Shown here: positions 39,768-54,853 of the stretch, one piece after another
Numbering within the stretch: position 1 is the stretch's first letter
How the letters are laid out: each line of letters begins with the position of its first letter
Source: the human T2T-CHM13v2.0 reference genome, Homo sapiens
Strand: one strand, 5' to 3'
NCBI RefSeq assembly: GCF_009914755.1
Contig: NC_060945.1
DNA: 64,000 bases
Notes under the pieces: generated by a model
Seen by the model: only the letters and a program-made list of their open reading frames with translations
What the model was told of the DNA's origin: nothing
Databases searched by the model: none
Translations under genes and position numbers: made by a program

Positions 39768-42700
39768 TTGTTATTTCAATAGCTTTTGGGGTACAAGTTG
39801 TTTTTAGTCACATGGATAAATTCTATAGTGGTGGGTATTAGTCTGTTTTCACATTGCTATAAAGATACTACCTGAGACTGGGTAATTTATAAACAAAAGT
39901 GCCTTAATTGACTCACAGTTCCATATGGCTGGCGAGGCCTCTGGAAACTAACAATAATGGCAGAAGGTGAAGGGGAAGCAGGCACCTTTTTCACAAGGTG
40001 ACAGGGAGACACAGAGAGAAGGTGGAAGCACCGCTTATCAAACAGCCGTATCTCCTCAGAACTCATTCAGTGTCATGAGAACAGCAAGGGGGAAATCTGC
40101 CCCCATGATCCACTCACCCTCCATCAAGCCCCTCCTTTGACTCGTGGGAATTACAATTCGGGATGAGATTTGGGTGTGGACACAGAGACAAGCCATATAA
40201 TTCCATCCCCCGCCTGGCCCTTCCCAAATTTCATGTCTTTTCACAATTCAAAACCAATCATGTGTTCTTAACAGTGCCCCAAAGTCTTAATTCATTCCAG
40301 CGTTAACTCAAAAGTCCAAGTCCAAAGTCTCATCTGAGACAAGGCAAATCCCTTCTGCCGATAAGCCTGTAAAATCAAAAGCAAGTTAGTTACTTCCAAG
40401 ATACAATGAGGGTGTAGGAATTAGGTAAGTGTTCCCATTACAAATAACCCAACTGGGCAGTCATTAAACCTGAAAGCTTCCAAATCTCCTTTGACTCTAT
40501 GTCTCACATCCAGGTCATGCTGATGCAAGAGGTGGGCTCCCATGCCCTTGGGCAGCTCTGCCCCTGTGGTTCTCCAGGGTACAACCCCTGTGGCTGCTTT
40601 CTCAGGCTGGCATTGAGTGCCTGTGACTTTTCCAGGCATATGGTGCAAGCTATTGGTGGATCTATCTTTCTGGGGCCTGCAGGATAGTGGCCTTCTTCTC
40701 ACAGTCTACTAGGCAGTGCCACAGTGGAGATTATGTGTGGGGCCTCCAACCCTACATTTCCCTTCCACACTGCCCTAACAGAGGCTCTCCATGAGGGTTC
40801 TAACCCTGTGGCAGATTTCTGCCCGGACATCCAGGCATTTCCTGGACATCTTCCTTTTCCAGGAGGTTTGGGAACCTCTACCTAGATTTCATTTCCTCTG
40901 AGATCTAGGCAGAGGTTCCCAAAGCTCAACTCTTGTCTTCTGTGTACCCAAAGGCCCAACACCATGTGGAAGCCCCAAGGCTTGCACTCTCTGAAGTAAC
41001 GGCAAGTGTGGTACTTTGGCCCCTTTTAACCATGGCTGGATTTGGAGCACCTGGGATGCAGGGCACCAACTCCTGAAGCTGCAGAGAGCAGTATGGCTCT
41101 GGGCCCAGCTCATGAATTCATTTTTCCCCCCTGGGCCTTTGGGTCTGGGATGGGAGGGACTGCCTCAGAGAAGACCTCTGACCTGAAATGAAGATATTTT
41201 CTCCATTCTCTTGGCTATTAACATTTGGTTCCTCTTTATTCATGCAAATTTCTGCAGCCCTCTTCAATTCCTCTCCAGAAAATGGGATTTTCTTTTCTAC
41301 TGCAATGTCAGGCTGCAAATTTTTGAAACCTTTATGCTCGGCTTCCCTTTTAAACATAAGCTCCAATTTTAAATCATCTCTTTGTGAATGCATATTACTG
41401 AATGCTTTCAGAATAAGACAGGTCACCTCTTGAATGCTTTGCTGCTTAGAATTTTTTTCTGCCAGATACCCTAAACTATGTCTCTCAAGTCAAAAGTTCC
41501 ACAGATAATTAGGGGTAAAATTTTGCCAGTCTCTTTGCTAAAGCATAGCATGTGTGACTCTTATTCCAGTTCCCAATAAGTTCCTCATCTCCATCTGAGA
41601 CCACCTCAATCTGGACTTCATTGTCTATATCACTATTAGCATTTTGGTCAAAGCCATTTAACAAGTCTCTAGGAAGTTCCAAACTTTCCCACATGGTCTT
41701 ATCTTCTTCTGAGCCCTCCAAACTGATCCAACCTCTGCCTGTTCCAAAGTCCCTTCCACATTTTTATGTTATCTTTATAGCAGTATCCAACTCTTGATAC
41801 TAGTTTTCTGTATTACTCAGTTCTCACACTGCTGTAAACATACTACCTGAGACTTGGTACTTTATAAAGAAAAGAGGTTTAATTAACTCACAGTTTTACA
41901 TCTCTGGTGTTTAAGCCTCAGGAAACTTACAATCATGATGGAAGCAAAAGGAAAGCAAGGTATGTCTTACATGGTGGCAGGAGAGAAAGAGCATGCAGAG
42001 GAAACTGCCACTTTTTAAAACTATCAGATCTTGTAAGAACTCACTCACTATCAGGAGAATAGCAAGGGGGAAAACTGCCCCTGGGATCCAATCACCTCCT
42101 ACCAGATCCCTCCTCAACAATAGGGATTACAATTTGAGATGAGATTTGGGTGGGGACACAGAGCCAAACAACAACATGGTGTATTCTGAGATTCTAGTGC
42201 AACTATTACCTGAGCAATGCACACTTTAGCCAATATGTAGTATTTTTATTCCTCCCTTTGTTGAGCTCCCAAAGTCCACTATATCCTTCTGTATATCTTT
42301 GAGTCCTCATAGCTTAGCTCCCATGTATAAATGACAACTTACAGTGTTTGGTTTTCCATTCCTGAGTTATTTCACTTAGAATGATGGCCTCCAGCTCCAT
42401 CCAAGTTGCTGCAATATTTGTTTCTTTTTATGGCTGGCTAGGTAGTATTTCATGGTGTATATATACCACATTTTCTTTAACTACTTATTGGTCAATGAGC
42501 AGTTAGGTTGAAATTGTGAATTGTGCTGCTATAAACATGTGTGTTCTTGTGTCTTTTTCGTATAATGGCTTTCTTTTCCTTTGAGTAGACAGCCAATAGT
42601 GGGATTGTTAGATCAAATGGTAGATGTACTTTTAGTTCTTTAAATAATCTCCATACTGTTTTCATAGAGGTTACACTAATTTACATTCCCATCAGCATGA

Positions 42701-43505
42701 AAGTGTTCCCTTCCCACCACATCCATGCCAACATGAATTGTTCTTCAACTTTTTAATTATGGCCATTCTTGTGAGAGTAAGGTAATATCTTATTGTGGTT
42801 TCAATTTGCATTTCCCTGATGGTTAGTGATGCTGAGCATCTTTTCATATGTTTGTTGGCCATTTGTATGTCTTCTTTTGAGAATTGTCTATTTACGTCCT
42901 TTGCCCACCAAAAGAACATGGTACTGATTTACGAAATAGGCAGACAAATGGAACAGAATAGAGAACCTAGAAATAAAGCCACATACTTACAGCCAACTGT
43001 TCTTCAACAAAGCAAACAAAAACATAAATTGGGAAAGGACACTCTATTCAATAAATTGTACTGTGAAAACAGGCAAGCCACATGCAGAAGAATGAAACTG
43101 GATCCCCATCATTCACCTTTTATAAAAATCAACTCAGGATGATTTAATAACCAAATTAACAATTTTTTTCCCAAACTTCTAGCTCAAGTTTGGCATCAAA
43201 GATTTAAAATGAAGGCCTGAAACCATAAAAATTTTCAAAGATAACAGTGGAAAAATTCTGGACATTGGCATGGACAAATAATTCGTGACTAAGACTCCAA
43301 AAGCAAATGCATCAAAAACAATAAACAAATGATTCCTAATTAAACTAAAAGTTTCTGCAGAGCAAAATAAATAATCAGCAGAGTAAACAGGCAACCCACA
43401 GAATGGGAGAAAATATTTGCAAACTATGTATCTGTCAAAAGACTAATATCCAGAATCTACAAAACACTCAAACAAATCAGCAAGAAAAAAACAAGTAATC
43501 CTTTA
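39768..43505 (-). mobile_element. L1PB-type element with a twin-priming 5' inversion (non-inverted part 39768-42908 on -, inverted part 42909-43505 on +), interrupted by THE1
   Basis: L1PB 3' end ttatttcaatagcttttggggtacaag. ORF 42795-43142 switches from antisense to sense ORF2. Degenerate TSD aaagcctcatttct / aaagacttattttt. Confidence 0.9.
39834..42176 (-). mobile_element. Full-length THE1D-like MaLR provirus (LTRs 39834-40200 and 41809-42176, internal 40201-41808)
   Basis: Two ~367-bp LTRs. THE1-int peptide MEGSEEDKTMWESLELPRDLLNGFDQNANSDIDNEVQ. 5-bp TSD TGGTG at 39829-39833 and 42177-42181. Confidence 0.95.
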
Positions 43506-45039
43506 AAAGACTTATTTTTATTACCTAGTCTGTCATTACATAAATTAAATTGCCATCACTTACTCACAGTGTGTTATTTTCACTTGGACTTTAGAGACAA
43601 GATTCCACGTAATGAGAAGTAACAAAAATCCAAGCATAGTCTATACTGAGTGATTATCTATTTCTGCATTCCCAAGTGATACTATAATAAATGGACTTTG
43701 TCTGCATGTTATGAGCTGGCTTATACATAAGCATGGAAGTAAACCCATCCCAACTTATAAGCAAAGATGCAAATTTTACTCTCCAAACTTCCATAAGAGA
43801 GATGCAGAGAGAGAAATTTCTTTATGTGGGTTAATAGCATCATCTTTATCCTTTGTTAAAAGTTAAAAAGCATAACAGATGGATAATAGACGTCAGTGAT
43901 TTCAAATCCTGAAAAGAACCTGCTAGTCAGAGAGGTTCACTCAGCACTCGGAAATTGATGAATGAAGTAATCATTCTAGCAGCAATTGTCTTCAGCTGGT
44001 CCCATTCATAGGTATCCTATTTCTATCCTAATTTAGATTTGCTTCAGTGGCTGGCTAGATTTTTCTTTTGAAGTCACTATATATTCCCATGCGGCTCCAT
44101 TCAAATTCAAAACAATCATTATTAATATCAAATATTGGGCTATAGAAATTCTAGAAGTACTCATCTTATGCTTTATTTGAGGTACTAGACATGTCATAGG
44201 ATAGCATAGGGGAAGAACTAGTTATTCCAACTGATACTTTTTAAGTATATGCAAATTTTAAAAATATCCTGGGGAAGTGTTGAGCTATTTTTAAAAGCAT
44301 AGAAAGATTAGAGGAGCACAGAAATGTATAGAAAAACTTCTGTTGTCTGCATTTTCTAAATCACATGAACACTTTACTGAGATATGCAAATTTGAAGTGT
44401 ATTATTTTGCATGGTGGCTCACAGGGTTGCTCTCTGGAGCAACTCCTGTGATCAAAGTGACCAACATCAATGCTTATGTTAATGGATCTCCCCACCTACA
44501 ACTTGTTAAACTCCATAGAATTCCTCCATTTCAATAACTTCCACCCAGTTTCATTTTATTGTCCTTTACGTGCTGTCATACCTTGGCCCACACCATCACT
44601 TGAACTACTTTCATTCCATATCCTGTACTAGAAAATTATTTTATAACAATATCATGTACTTCATTCATTCTCTTTCCCGCATTGAACCAGATCTTCACTG
44701 TCATTATGACCTTCACTTCTTCTATAAATGTTTTTTCTTATCATCTTTGAGAACTCCCCTAGCTTTATTTCTTCATTTCCTGGTTTTCACCATGAATCAT
44801 TTCAACAATAATTTTACTAAGGACTTAGAATCAATCCCTTGTCTTCTAATAGTTTGCAATATTTTACAAATACACGCACAATCTTGAGTAAACATTATCT
44901 CATATACCTCAGCTATCAAACATTGTTGTGAGTAAAAAAGAACAATAAATGAATCATCAATAAACAACTAACAATGTCAATTCTCATAATTTAAAAAACT
45001 GGCAGCATCTTCACTTTTTCTCAGCATTCCTGTGACAAT

Positions 45040-45320
45040 TAGCTGAGTTGATGTTTGAAAAAGACAGAATAGGCTGTGTTTTCCTTCATGAACAATCTCA
45101 AAATGTTGCTGGCTTAAAATAACAAATGCTATAGATCTCATGCTCGTTCATGTAGGTAGGGGATGGTTTTGCTGACCCAGGGAGATGGACTCTGTGCCCT
45201 TTAATAGTGCGTCTGTCACAACAAGCCTTCACGGTTCTCTACCACAAGTAATGGAAGCATAGCGCTGTGAACTAGAGGGAGAACTGAAACTTTTAGTAAT
45301 CACTAGAAATAGTTTCTACA
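45040..45320 (-). mobile_element. Old MLT1 LTR fragment
   Basis: aacaatctcaaaatgttgctggcttaaaataacaaa...tctcatgctc. Confidence 0.45.
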
Positions 45321-45779
45321 ATATTCTGATCTTTCTCATCTTTTCCAAATCTAAGATCTATTTCCCATTCTTTGCCATCTCAGTAGATAATGTTGCTCCC
45401 TATCTTATTTTGCAAACAGATGCTAAACAACTTATCACCCAATTTCTTTCCACCCCACATTTCCCTGTACATTCATTCATTTTTTTTTCTTGTTTGGCAT
45501 TCCTATAATCGTAAAGAGTTTAGAATCAGAGGCATGCATGGTTGATGTTGAAAAACAGAGAATGGCTGTTAGGAAAATAGAACTAGTTCATGAATCACAA
45601 GAGAATGAAAACTCATATATCGTAATATGATGAGGTCACTAACAAAACTGTTTAGGTGAGATGTGAAATCTGTAATCCAGGGTAGTAGTAAATGTCAGAG
45701 ACATTAAAGTAATTGAAGGCAGGGATATGGGAAGAGTAACAACTATAATTTCACCTTCACAACAGTAATCAGTGGCCCT

Positions 45780-46345
45780 AAAATTGTGTTTACAGTTGTT
45801 TTGGATTCTCGGATTGGGTCTACCAACACCCATTCCAACCCTTTACAGAGTTGAAAGATAGAAAACCAAATTAACAATTTTTTTCCCACGACTTCTAGCT
45901 CGAGTTTGGCATCTGATTTTGATTTTACCTTTCAGATGCATTCCCATGATACCTGGATTAGGAACTGAATCATAGAGACAGGCTTGGTGGAATGTATCCA
46001 CTTTGTTGGACAAGACCATGGAAGATGTGGCATCATCAGCATCTTTGCATTCATCAGCTCACTGTAGCAGCAGCAGCAGTTTTACCAAACATGGCCCACA
46101 CAGTGTGGTTTAACAGTCAGGAGGAGGAGCAGCAGCTACCTGATTGCCAGCTTTCTAAAGGGGAGATCACTAACTTCAACAGAAAATGAATAATTGATGA
46201 ATGGGGATTGTTTCTAGGAACTCAGTCTAATGCAGTCTCCAGGCTTTCCAACAACTCTGTAAACTCCTAAGTCCTTGTACCAAGTGTGTATTGGGCTAAA
46301 TCAGCTAACATCATTTCTATTGTTAACAACTGAACAATGACCACC
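45780..46345 (+). mobile_element. LTR33-like ERVL LTR, possibly followed by ERVL internal sequence to ~47100
   Basis: acacccattcc...tttttcccacgacttctagct...gctaaatcagctaacatcatttctattgttaacaactgaac. Confidence 0.6.
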
Positions 46346-47129
46346 ATCTTGGTTGATAGAATTGGTTACATGCAACAGACCTTCAGGAAAATGGGAATTT
46401 GGAAAAGTCTACCTCAAGTATTTGGATCTGAAGGCAGTGAGAAGCCAATTAACGTTCGAAGATAGGGCAGGTATGAGATGCCAAATAAAGGCAAGTCGTT
46501 TATGAACAAGGTAACTACTGAAACAGACCATTATTGGAGTCTCAAGGATTAGAAAGGCTGTAAGCTTCGATGGAGAGCTCAACGTTAGAAAGTGAAAAGT
46601 CAGCATTTAAAATTTTCCACCTAAGGTGTTAGCAGAGAACTTAAAGTTTTCCAAGATCGACTTAAATAATACCTTATATTCTTTAATCTTAAAGCTGATT
46701 TGGCAAAAGTCAACTTCAGAGTCTGATTCTGTTTATTACTCAATTATAACACAAATTGAATTCATTATGTTAGATAAATCATCAGAGAAGAAGGAGACAT
46801 TAGAATTAAAATAGTGATTTGGGAATATTGAGATGACATATTAAATCTTACCAAGCCAGCCGGCAGAAACAGACCATCTTGCCTTCTGTGAAGGGACTGG
46901 GCCTGCATTGCCAAAAGACCTAGTTATAAATCATGTGTAATAGCATCTTGCACTGGGCAGCCATTTCTCTCCATGTTTTACACCTACCAGCTATCATTGC
47001 TCCCAGACCTTTAACCAGGTCATCAGGCTCCAGGGAGCAATTAAAATTCAAGCCTAGAGAGAAAAGTTATTGGCAACAGTAAAATTGCAAATTCTTTCTT
47101 TCCTAGTTTATCTCAGAGAAAAACAAAAC

Positions 47130-48420
47130 TAAACTAAACAAAAAAAGATAGAAAGCTGGAATGTGATATAAGATCAGAAGAGACTGTGTTTTCTAACATG
47201 TTTTTACACTGATGGGAATGATTCAATGAAGAAGGTAAAAATAATAATGTATAGAAAACAGAGGGACATTTCTTGAACCCCTTCCTTAAGTGAGCAAGAA
47301 GGGATAAAATCTGGAATCTAAATACAAGGAACCTGAAACAAATAAATAGTTCATTACAACTACAAAGGAAGGCAGAGTAAGCGGCACATGCAGATGGCAA
47401 TTGTGAGCTGGAGAGTTTGTGATTCTTTTCTGATATCTTACTTTTTTTTTTCCAGTGGAGCAAGGCTCTCAGTGGAGAGTGAAGATGGAAAAGGAAATAG
47501 TGAAAATTTGAAGGCAAAAAAGATATGAACGAGTCATCCAGGAGAGTGAGAGATGAGAAAAATGGACAAGAGAAATATAAGAGACTTTCTGGCAGCAGCA
47601 AGGGTCATGAAAAAGTTAGATGACTCAAAGTACTGATGTGTCTCTCTAGACTTTGCTCAGGTGCATGGGTGCAGGTGCAGAATGGGTGGAGGGTTAGATT
47701 TAATTAGGATGGGACTTTTCCAGTTCATCACAATGAAGCAAGGGATCAGCAAGTTATCTGAGAGTGTGTGTAAGAAAGTGATTATAAAGATGGGTTAGGG
47801 ATAAGCTAGAAAGAGAAACAATGAAAGGAATGAAGTTAGTGAGGACAGGGTGAGCCCAGCTGATTATTTTGGCCCAGCCAAATGATTTTTTTCAATTGGA
47901 ACATCACAAGGAATGGATGAGAAAAATAGAATAAAGTGATTGGAGTATGGGATTCTTGAAATTTAGAGTTTGGAAAGTGTGCAATTAATGACAATGACAA
48001 AGTTTATGCTATGATTAAGAGAGGGAGTGTTAGAGATATAGTAGAAGGCAGGATCATTGGATAGGAGGAGATTTAAACAATGGAGGAACTATGGTATTAT
48101 ATTTATCATCTATGTAAATGTCAAAATCACAGGAGATTATGACAGCAGTGGAGTTCAAAGAGTGACAGTGAATAAGAAGATACAAATTTTCAAAAAATAA
48201 GGTTGAGTGTCTGAGGGGTTTATAAATGATTTTCACAAGGTGAGGGAACAGGTGGTAGAATCTGAAAACATGAGTTTTAACGTGAGGACTTTAGGAGGGA
48301 TGAAAGGATAGCGTGTGGTTGGCAGTCAGGAGTATGGAGAATCTCTACAGAACCTGCAAAGTGGTGTTTTGAGGGATGTGGGAAAGAAAACAACTTTTAC
48401 TCCACAGAACCACATTGAAA
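47130..48420 (-). mobile_element. L2 internal fragment including an endonuclease-domain remnant
   Basis: ORF 48054-48236(-) IIYKPLRHS...AVIISCDFDIYIDD resembles the L2 APE motif (IYRPP...IILGDFNIHIDD). Confidence 0.65.
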
Positions 48421-48857
48421 TCCACGTCTTTCAGGTAGAGCCAGGCGTTAGAGCAGAAAGCCGAGGGAAACTTCAAAGAAAATAAGGAAGGTAGACAGAT
48501 AAAACAACCTGAAGATATGAGGAAGGATAGAAATACGTGTAAACAGAGCTTAGTCAAAACAAGGACATGGGCCTTGGGAGGAAGGGAGAAATTGGAAATT
48601 GTAGGCTTCTGGATATGCATATCAGACAAGGGTAAAGGAAAACAAGTGACACTCCTACCTGGCTTCAAGGTCAATTGTGTTTGTGAGACTTGGGGTGATG
48701 GAAGAAGGAGGTGAGGGTTCTTACCATGGAAGAGTTTTGGATTCCATCTTGATTCCTGCAGAGGAAAGTGTCAAGGCTAAGATGAGAGTGGTATTAATTA
48801 AAGACCATCTCTTTCTTCTTGTTTAGTTTATATTTATTCATACACCAATTTAATTAA

Positions 48858-49150
<293 letters not shown>

Positions 49151-49159
49151 ATCAATTTT

Positions 49160-51690
49160 ATCTTATTTTTCCTCTTTCTTCAACTATAATATATGAGTTG
49201 TACTGGTGCTGAATAGATTCATAATTAATTTAGTTCATAGGTTATGCAAGCCCAAGGTGAGGTCACACCCTAAATAAGGAGAAATAAATGTCATGAAGAT
49301 ATAGATGTAACGAGTCTCTGGGTCGTCCATTCATTGTGATGATAGGGCAAGTGCCTAGTTGGATTATTTTGGGTGAGAACACATTGTTATTGGCTGGAGT
49401 AAAAAGTTCTTATGGGTAAGTCTTAAAGAAATTAAATTGGAAATGTAAGCAGAGACCAGATAACTAAGAGCTTACTGTTATTTGACAAGTAGTTTGGACT
49501 TTATTTTGATGCTCAGGAAGAATTTGGAACGATTTTTCAGCTACAAGATGACACAGTTATTTTATTTTTCAAAGAAAGACTAATCTGACAATTGTGGATA
49601 AAGGATTTAAAAGAGAGAAGGCTAGAAGCAATGAAACTAATTGAAGTGGTAATGCAATGGTGCATGTGATAGGTTTGAAAGACTTATTTAAGAGACTGGC
49701 AGTGGAACAAGAGTCAGACACAGCTTTGAGACATATTTACAATGAAGGTGTGACAAGGATTATTAACTGACGGAATTAGAGATTACAGAAGAGGAATCCA
49801 GGAAGTCCTCAGATGTCTGTCTTATGTGACTCAGTAGATGATGGTGCCTTTCAGCAAGTTAGGAGATACATTATGAGAAGCAAAATGAAGGATAAAAACA
49901 ATTATTTCAGTCATATGTAGGTTGAATTGATAGTGCATAAAGATTGAATTGATAGTGCATGAAGATATATAGATGGATACAACTTGTAGGCAGAAATATG
50001 AGTCTAAATTTTGGAAAAATAGTCTGGGTGATGAAAGAGACTTGGGAAATTTTAGTTTATGGATGCATTTGAAGTAATTGGTTTAGACAAAATGCCTGGA
50101 GAAAGAAAGTAGAATGCAAAAAGAGAGGAAAAAAAATTTTTTTTATTAACACAATATTAAGTAGCTGTAGGAGGAAAAGAAGCTAATTGAATGAGAACAA
50201 GGAAGAATGGTGAGAAAGTTAAAAAAAAAAAAAAAAAAAGAACCAGGAGGCATTTAGAGGTGAATTATTGTTTGTGAGCATCAAAGGCTTCCTGGCAATC
50301 GTGCTAAATAAAGACTAAAGGTGTTCTTTGGATTTCGTAATCCTACCATCAGTAATTTCAAGGGCCTGGTGGCGTGGATAGTGTAAATCAGTTTGCAATA
50401 GGTAGACAACTGAATGGGAAGTTAAGACAAATACAGAACCACCATAAACTTAGGACAATTTTGGCTATAAAGGAAAGGAACATGTAATGAGAAAAGAGTC
50501 AAGAGGTTTTTTTTAATGATGAAATTAGAGTTAAGTACATTTATATGGTAACAAAAAAGACAGGGAGAAATTAAAGATCCATAATGCAAGGGAAATAATT
50601 GGTGGATGAGGTCTGAACAAAATTTAAAGGAAATAAGACTTGGGGTGTATATAAAGAGATTAGCCATGTATAAGAGAAGTGAATCTTTTTATTTGTGAAA
50701 GAATGAAGAGGAAGGAAGTTGATAAGAGTAACAAGAGAAAAACTGAGGGCTAAGAGAAGGAAGTATGACCAGTCTGATAGTCTGAGGATCAAGGGAGAGG
50801 CTCAGAAACTGAGTAAGGATAAAACATAAGGGAAGTGAAGGCAGCAAGTGACAGAGCTTTTTCACATGCAAATCCCAGGTTTCTTCTCCACCTACATTCT
50901 GACATAATTCTGGCAACGTCAGTGTAATTGTAATTGACCCATCAGCACCCATCCTTGTCAAATCTTGACTTCTTTATCCCCAGTAACTTTTATACCCTCT
51001 CCACCTGAGCAGGCCTAAGCTACATCTCATTGGTCTTTGTAAACCCAAACTAGCTCAGTGTGTGACATGAATAACCTCTCAATATACAGACATAAATAAT
51101 AAAATTTATGAATAAATTAATTAATTTTAGTATCCTATTCTCTGACCTTCGCGTACCTTTAATCAAGCAATGAAAGAATAGGGGTATGTGAAGATCAGAG
51201 AATGGGATACGGAAGTTCAGCAATGCAAAATGTAGGTGCTTGCAAGAGTTAACTAGGCGCATGTTAGAGTCAGTTAGAGGGGATGTGTAACTATTGGAGC
51301 AAGGGAGGTCAAAGCAAAGGTCAACAGATAGAACTACTGTGTTAGAGGTGCTACCTGTCCAGTGCTGAAGGTTTCTAGCATGATAATAACATGGAAGCAA
51401 CAGTGAACTAGGTGTCTAAGACTTTGAAAAATAAATAAGAAATCTTGTGAATAGATGGAGGTGATAAAGCATATGATAAACATCATAAGTCTGAGAAACA
51501 GGTGGGTTTCCTTGTCTGAAAATTTAAGTTTTGAAAGTAGCCATGGGGCACTGGGAGGAGGCTGACCACAGAGTTTAGGAGAATGACCAGCCACCGCTGA
51601 ATAGGGTGTCTGAGGCAGTGATTCCAGAGGGAGCCTAGTTCCTGACAAAGCAAGGCGGGGAATGGGGATCATACTAGGAAGAGATTCCAG
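49160..51690 (-). mobile_element. Fragmented L2
   Basis: Purine-rich reverse L2 motifs (gagtttggactttat, gatgatggtgcc, gttgaattgatagtgc). 22-bp tandem duplication at 49922-49965. Confidence 0.5.
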
Positions 51691-51696
51691 TATTTG

Positions 51697-52550
<854 letters not shown>

Positions 52551-52748
52551 TTTGAATTCCAGCAAACATAGTGAAGTCTGTTGAAAGAACAATCCACAAT
52601 GGGAAGCATCACAGGTCTACATGGAGATGAAGGTATCAGATAAATAATAATAATGACTGGAGGAACTTCCCTTTCAGGTGGTGACTAAAGATGGTGGGGT
52701 GAGAGGTATGGCAAGGTTAGCTGGCCTGGAAGTTCTGAATGTTCCTCT

Positions 52749-53340
52749 TGTAAATCAAAACTAAAATTCTAAGGACCCTCCAACCATCTGAATGGACTTC
52801 CTCCTCAGCCAGGGCTCTTTTAAAATTTGACCTGAGAGTCTGTTTCAGGCCATGTTGGGAAATGGGGTTCTCATTGTACCTCTCTGGCATTAACATGAAC
52901 ACAGACTTTAAGTCTGATAAGAAACATTTTATAACCTATTCTCTCTGAAGCCTACTACTACCTGAAGGCTTCCTCTGCAAATAAGAACTTGGGTCCCCAC
53001 AATCCTTTATCTTAATGTAGGCATTCCTTTCTGCTGATCCCAGGTCTTTAGACAAACTCAAACAATTGTCAGCCAGAAAATGTTTAAATGTACCTATAGC
53101 CTGGAAGCCCTCCAATTTGAGTTGTCCTGTTTTTCTAGACCAAACTCATGTATTTCTCAAATGTATTTAATTGATGTTTCATGCCTCCCTAAAATGTGTA
53201 AAACCAAGCTGCACCCCGACCACCCTGGGCACATGTTCTCAGGACCTCCTGAGGGCTGTGTCATGGGCCATGGTCACTCATATGTGGCTCAGAATAAATC
53301 TCTTCAAATATTTTACAGAGTTTCACTCTTTTTGTCGACA
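52749..53340 (+). mobile_element. MER4B/D-type solo LTR (ERV1)
   Basis: tgtaaatcaaaactaaaattctaag...ctttttgtcgaca. 4-bp TSD CTCT (52745-52748 / 53341-53344). Confidence 0.9.
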
Positions 53341-53721
53341 CTCTGATATATTAATAGAATTGTTTTTGCTGCTCCAGGCAGATTCCACAGCGAGCTTCAG
53401 CAGTAGCTGGATCTGGATGGTTCTAGTGACTGGCATTTAGTCACCAACTAAGGCTGTGACTTAGATTCAAAGTAGAATCCCATCAGGAAGTTATGTTACT
53501 TCTTGAAAATTCCTTCTTTGAGTTTTTTGAAGAGGAAGTAAAAAGCCAACACAGCATAAACACAGATTTCATCAAATACTGTTAAATTATATGAATGAAT
53601 CCTCTTACACACTATTTTTACAGAGCAGGTTCCAGAATTTGAAAACATTTTTCTACTTAGAGCAACGCTTGTGCCAGCTACTTGCTAATACCTTTCTAAA
53701 TTAATTTGTATTTTTGGTTAA

Positions 53722-54091
<370 letters not shown>

Positions 54092-54853
54092 AAATGACTT
54101 TGTTAAAATTTTTCAGTAAGTAAACATCATTTTAATTTTTAACAATTAATATTGTAAATATTTAATATTTAAAAATTTCTTTTATTGAAAAATACCAAAA
54201 AGTGGGTTTATGATTAAAAAATATAACTCTAATTAATCAATGATGTTTGGCATTATTTTTAATCTTGTAAATTCAAGTAATTCTGAAAATCAAAAATAAT
54301 TAGGTAAAATGTTAGGAAGGTAATAAAAATATATGAAAAGTAGTTAATTCAAGTGGAAAACTTTCATTATGTTTAAAATGATCACTTCCAGTGTTTTAAG
54401 CAGAAGTTAGGTTTTTGGTTTATATTATGAATGTACGACTTTATGAACATATGTAACATATCTGTAGATAGTTTGAAGCAGTCTCACACTCAATCCCAAC
54501 AAATTAAAACAGATGACATAGTCTCCTTAATATGCTCGGTAGTGCACATAAGAGAAAACCTTTGGCAAAAGGTAGTTGGAGTCACCCAAAGATATTCTGA
54601 AACACCTGGGTGGGACAGCTGCTTCCCTCTGGCTTTGGGCCTTCCACAAAAAGTCAATTATCTATTAAGTCATCTGCGTTCATTTCCCAGGTTAATCAGG
54701 AAACCATGATCGCCCGAGGGATGGCTTGCATCATGCACACCAGGAAGTTTGAACTGTAGCCAACCATGCAATTAAGATGTTCCAGTATAGCTATTATTCT
54801 TGGTTGAGGCAAATTCCACTGGCACAGGTATTTACTAGGAGGAATATACCAAA

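Noticed and set aside
47134-47601. Longest ORF in the window (155 aa)
   Set aside because: Low-complexity Leu/Phe/Ser read-through of decayed L2, with a non-ATG start.
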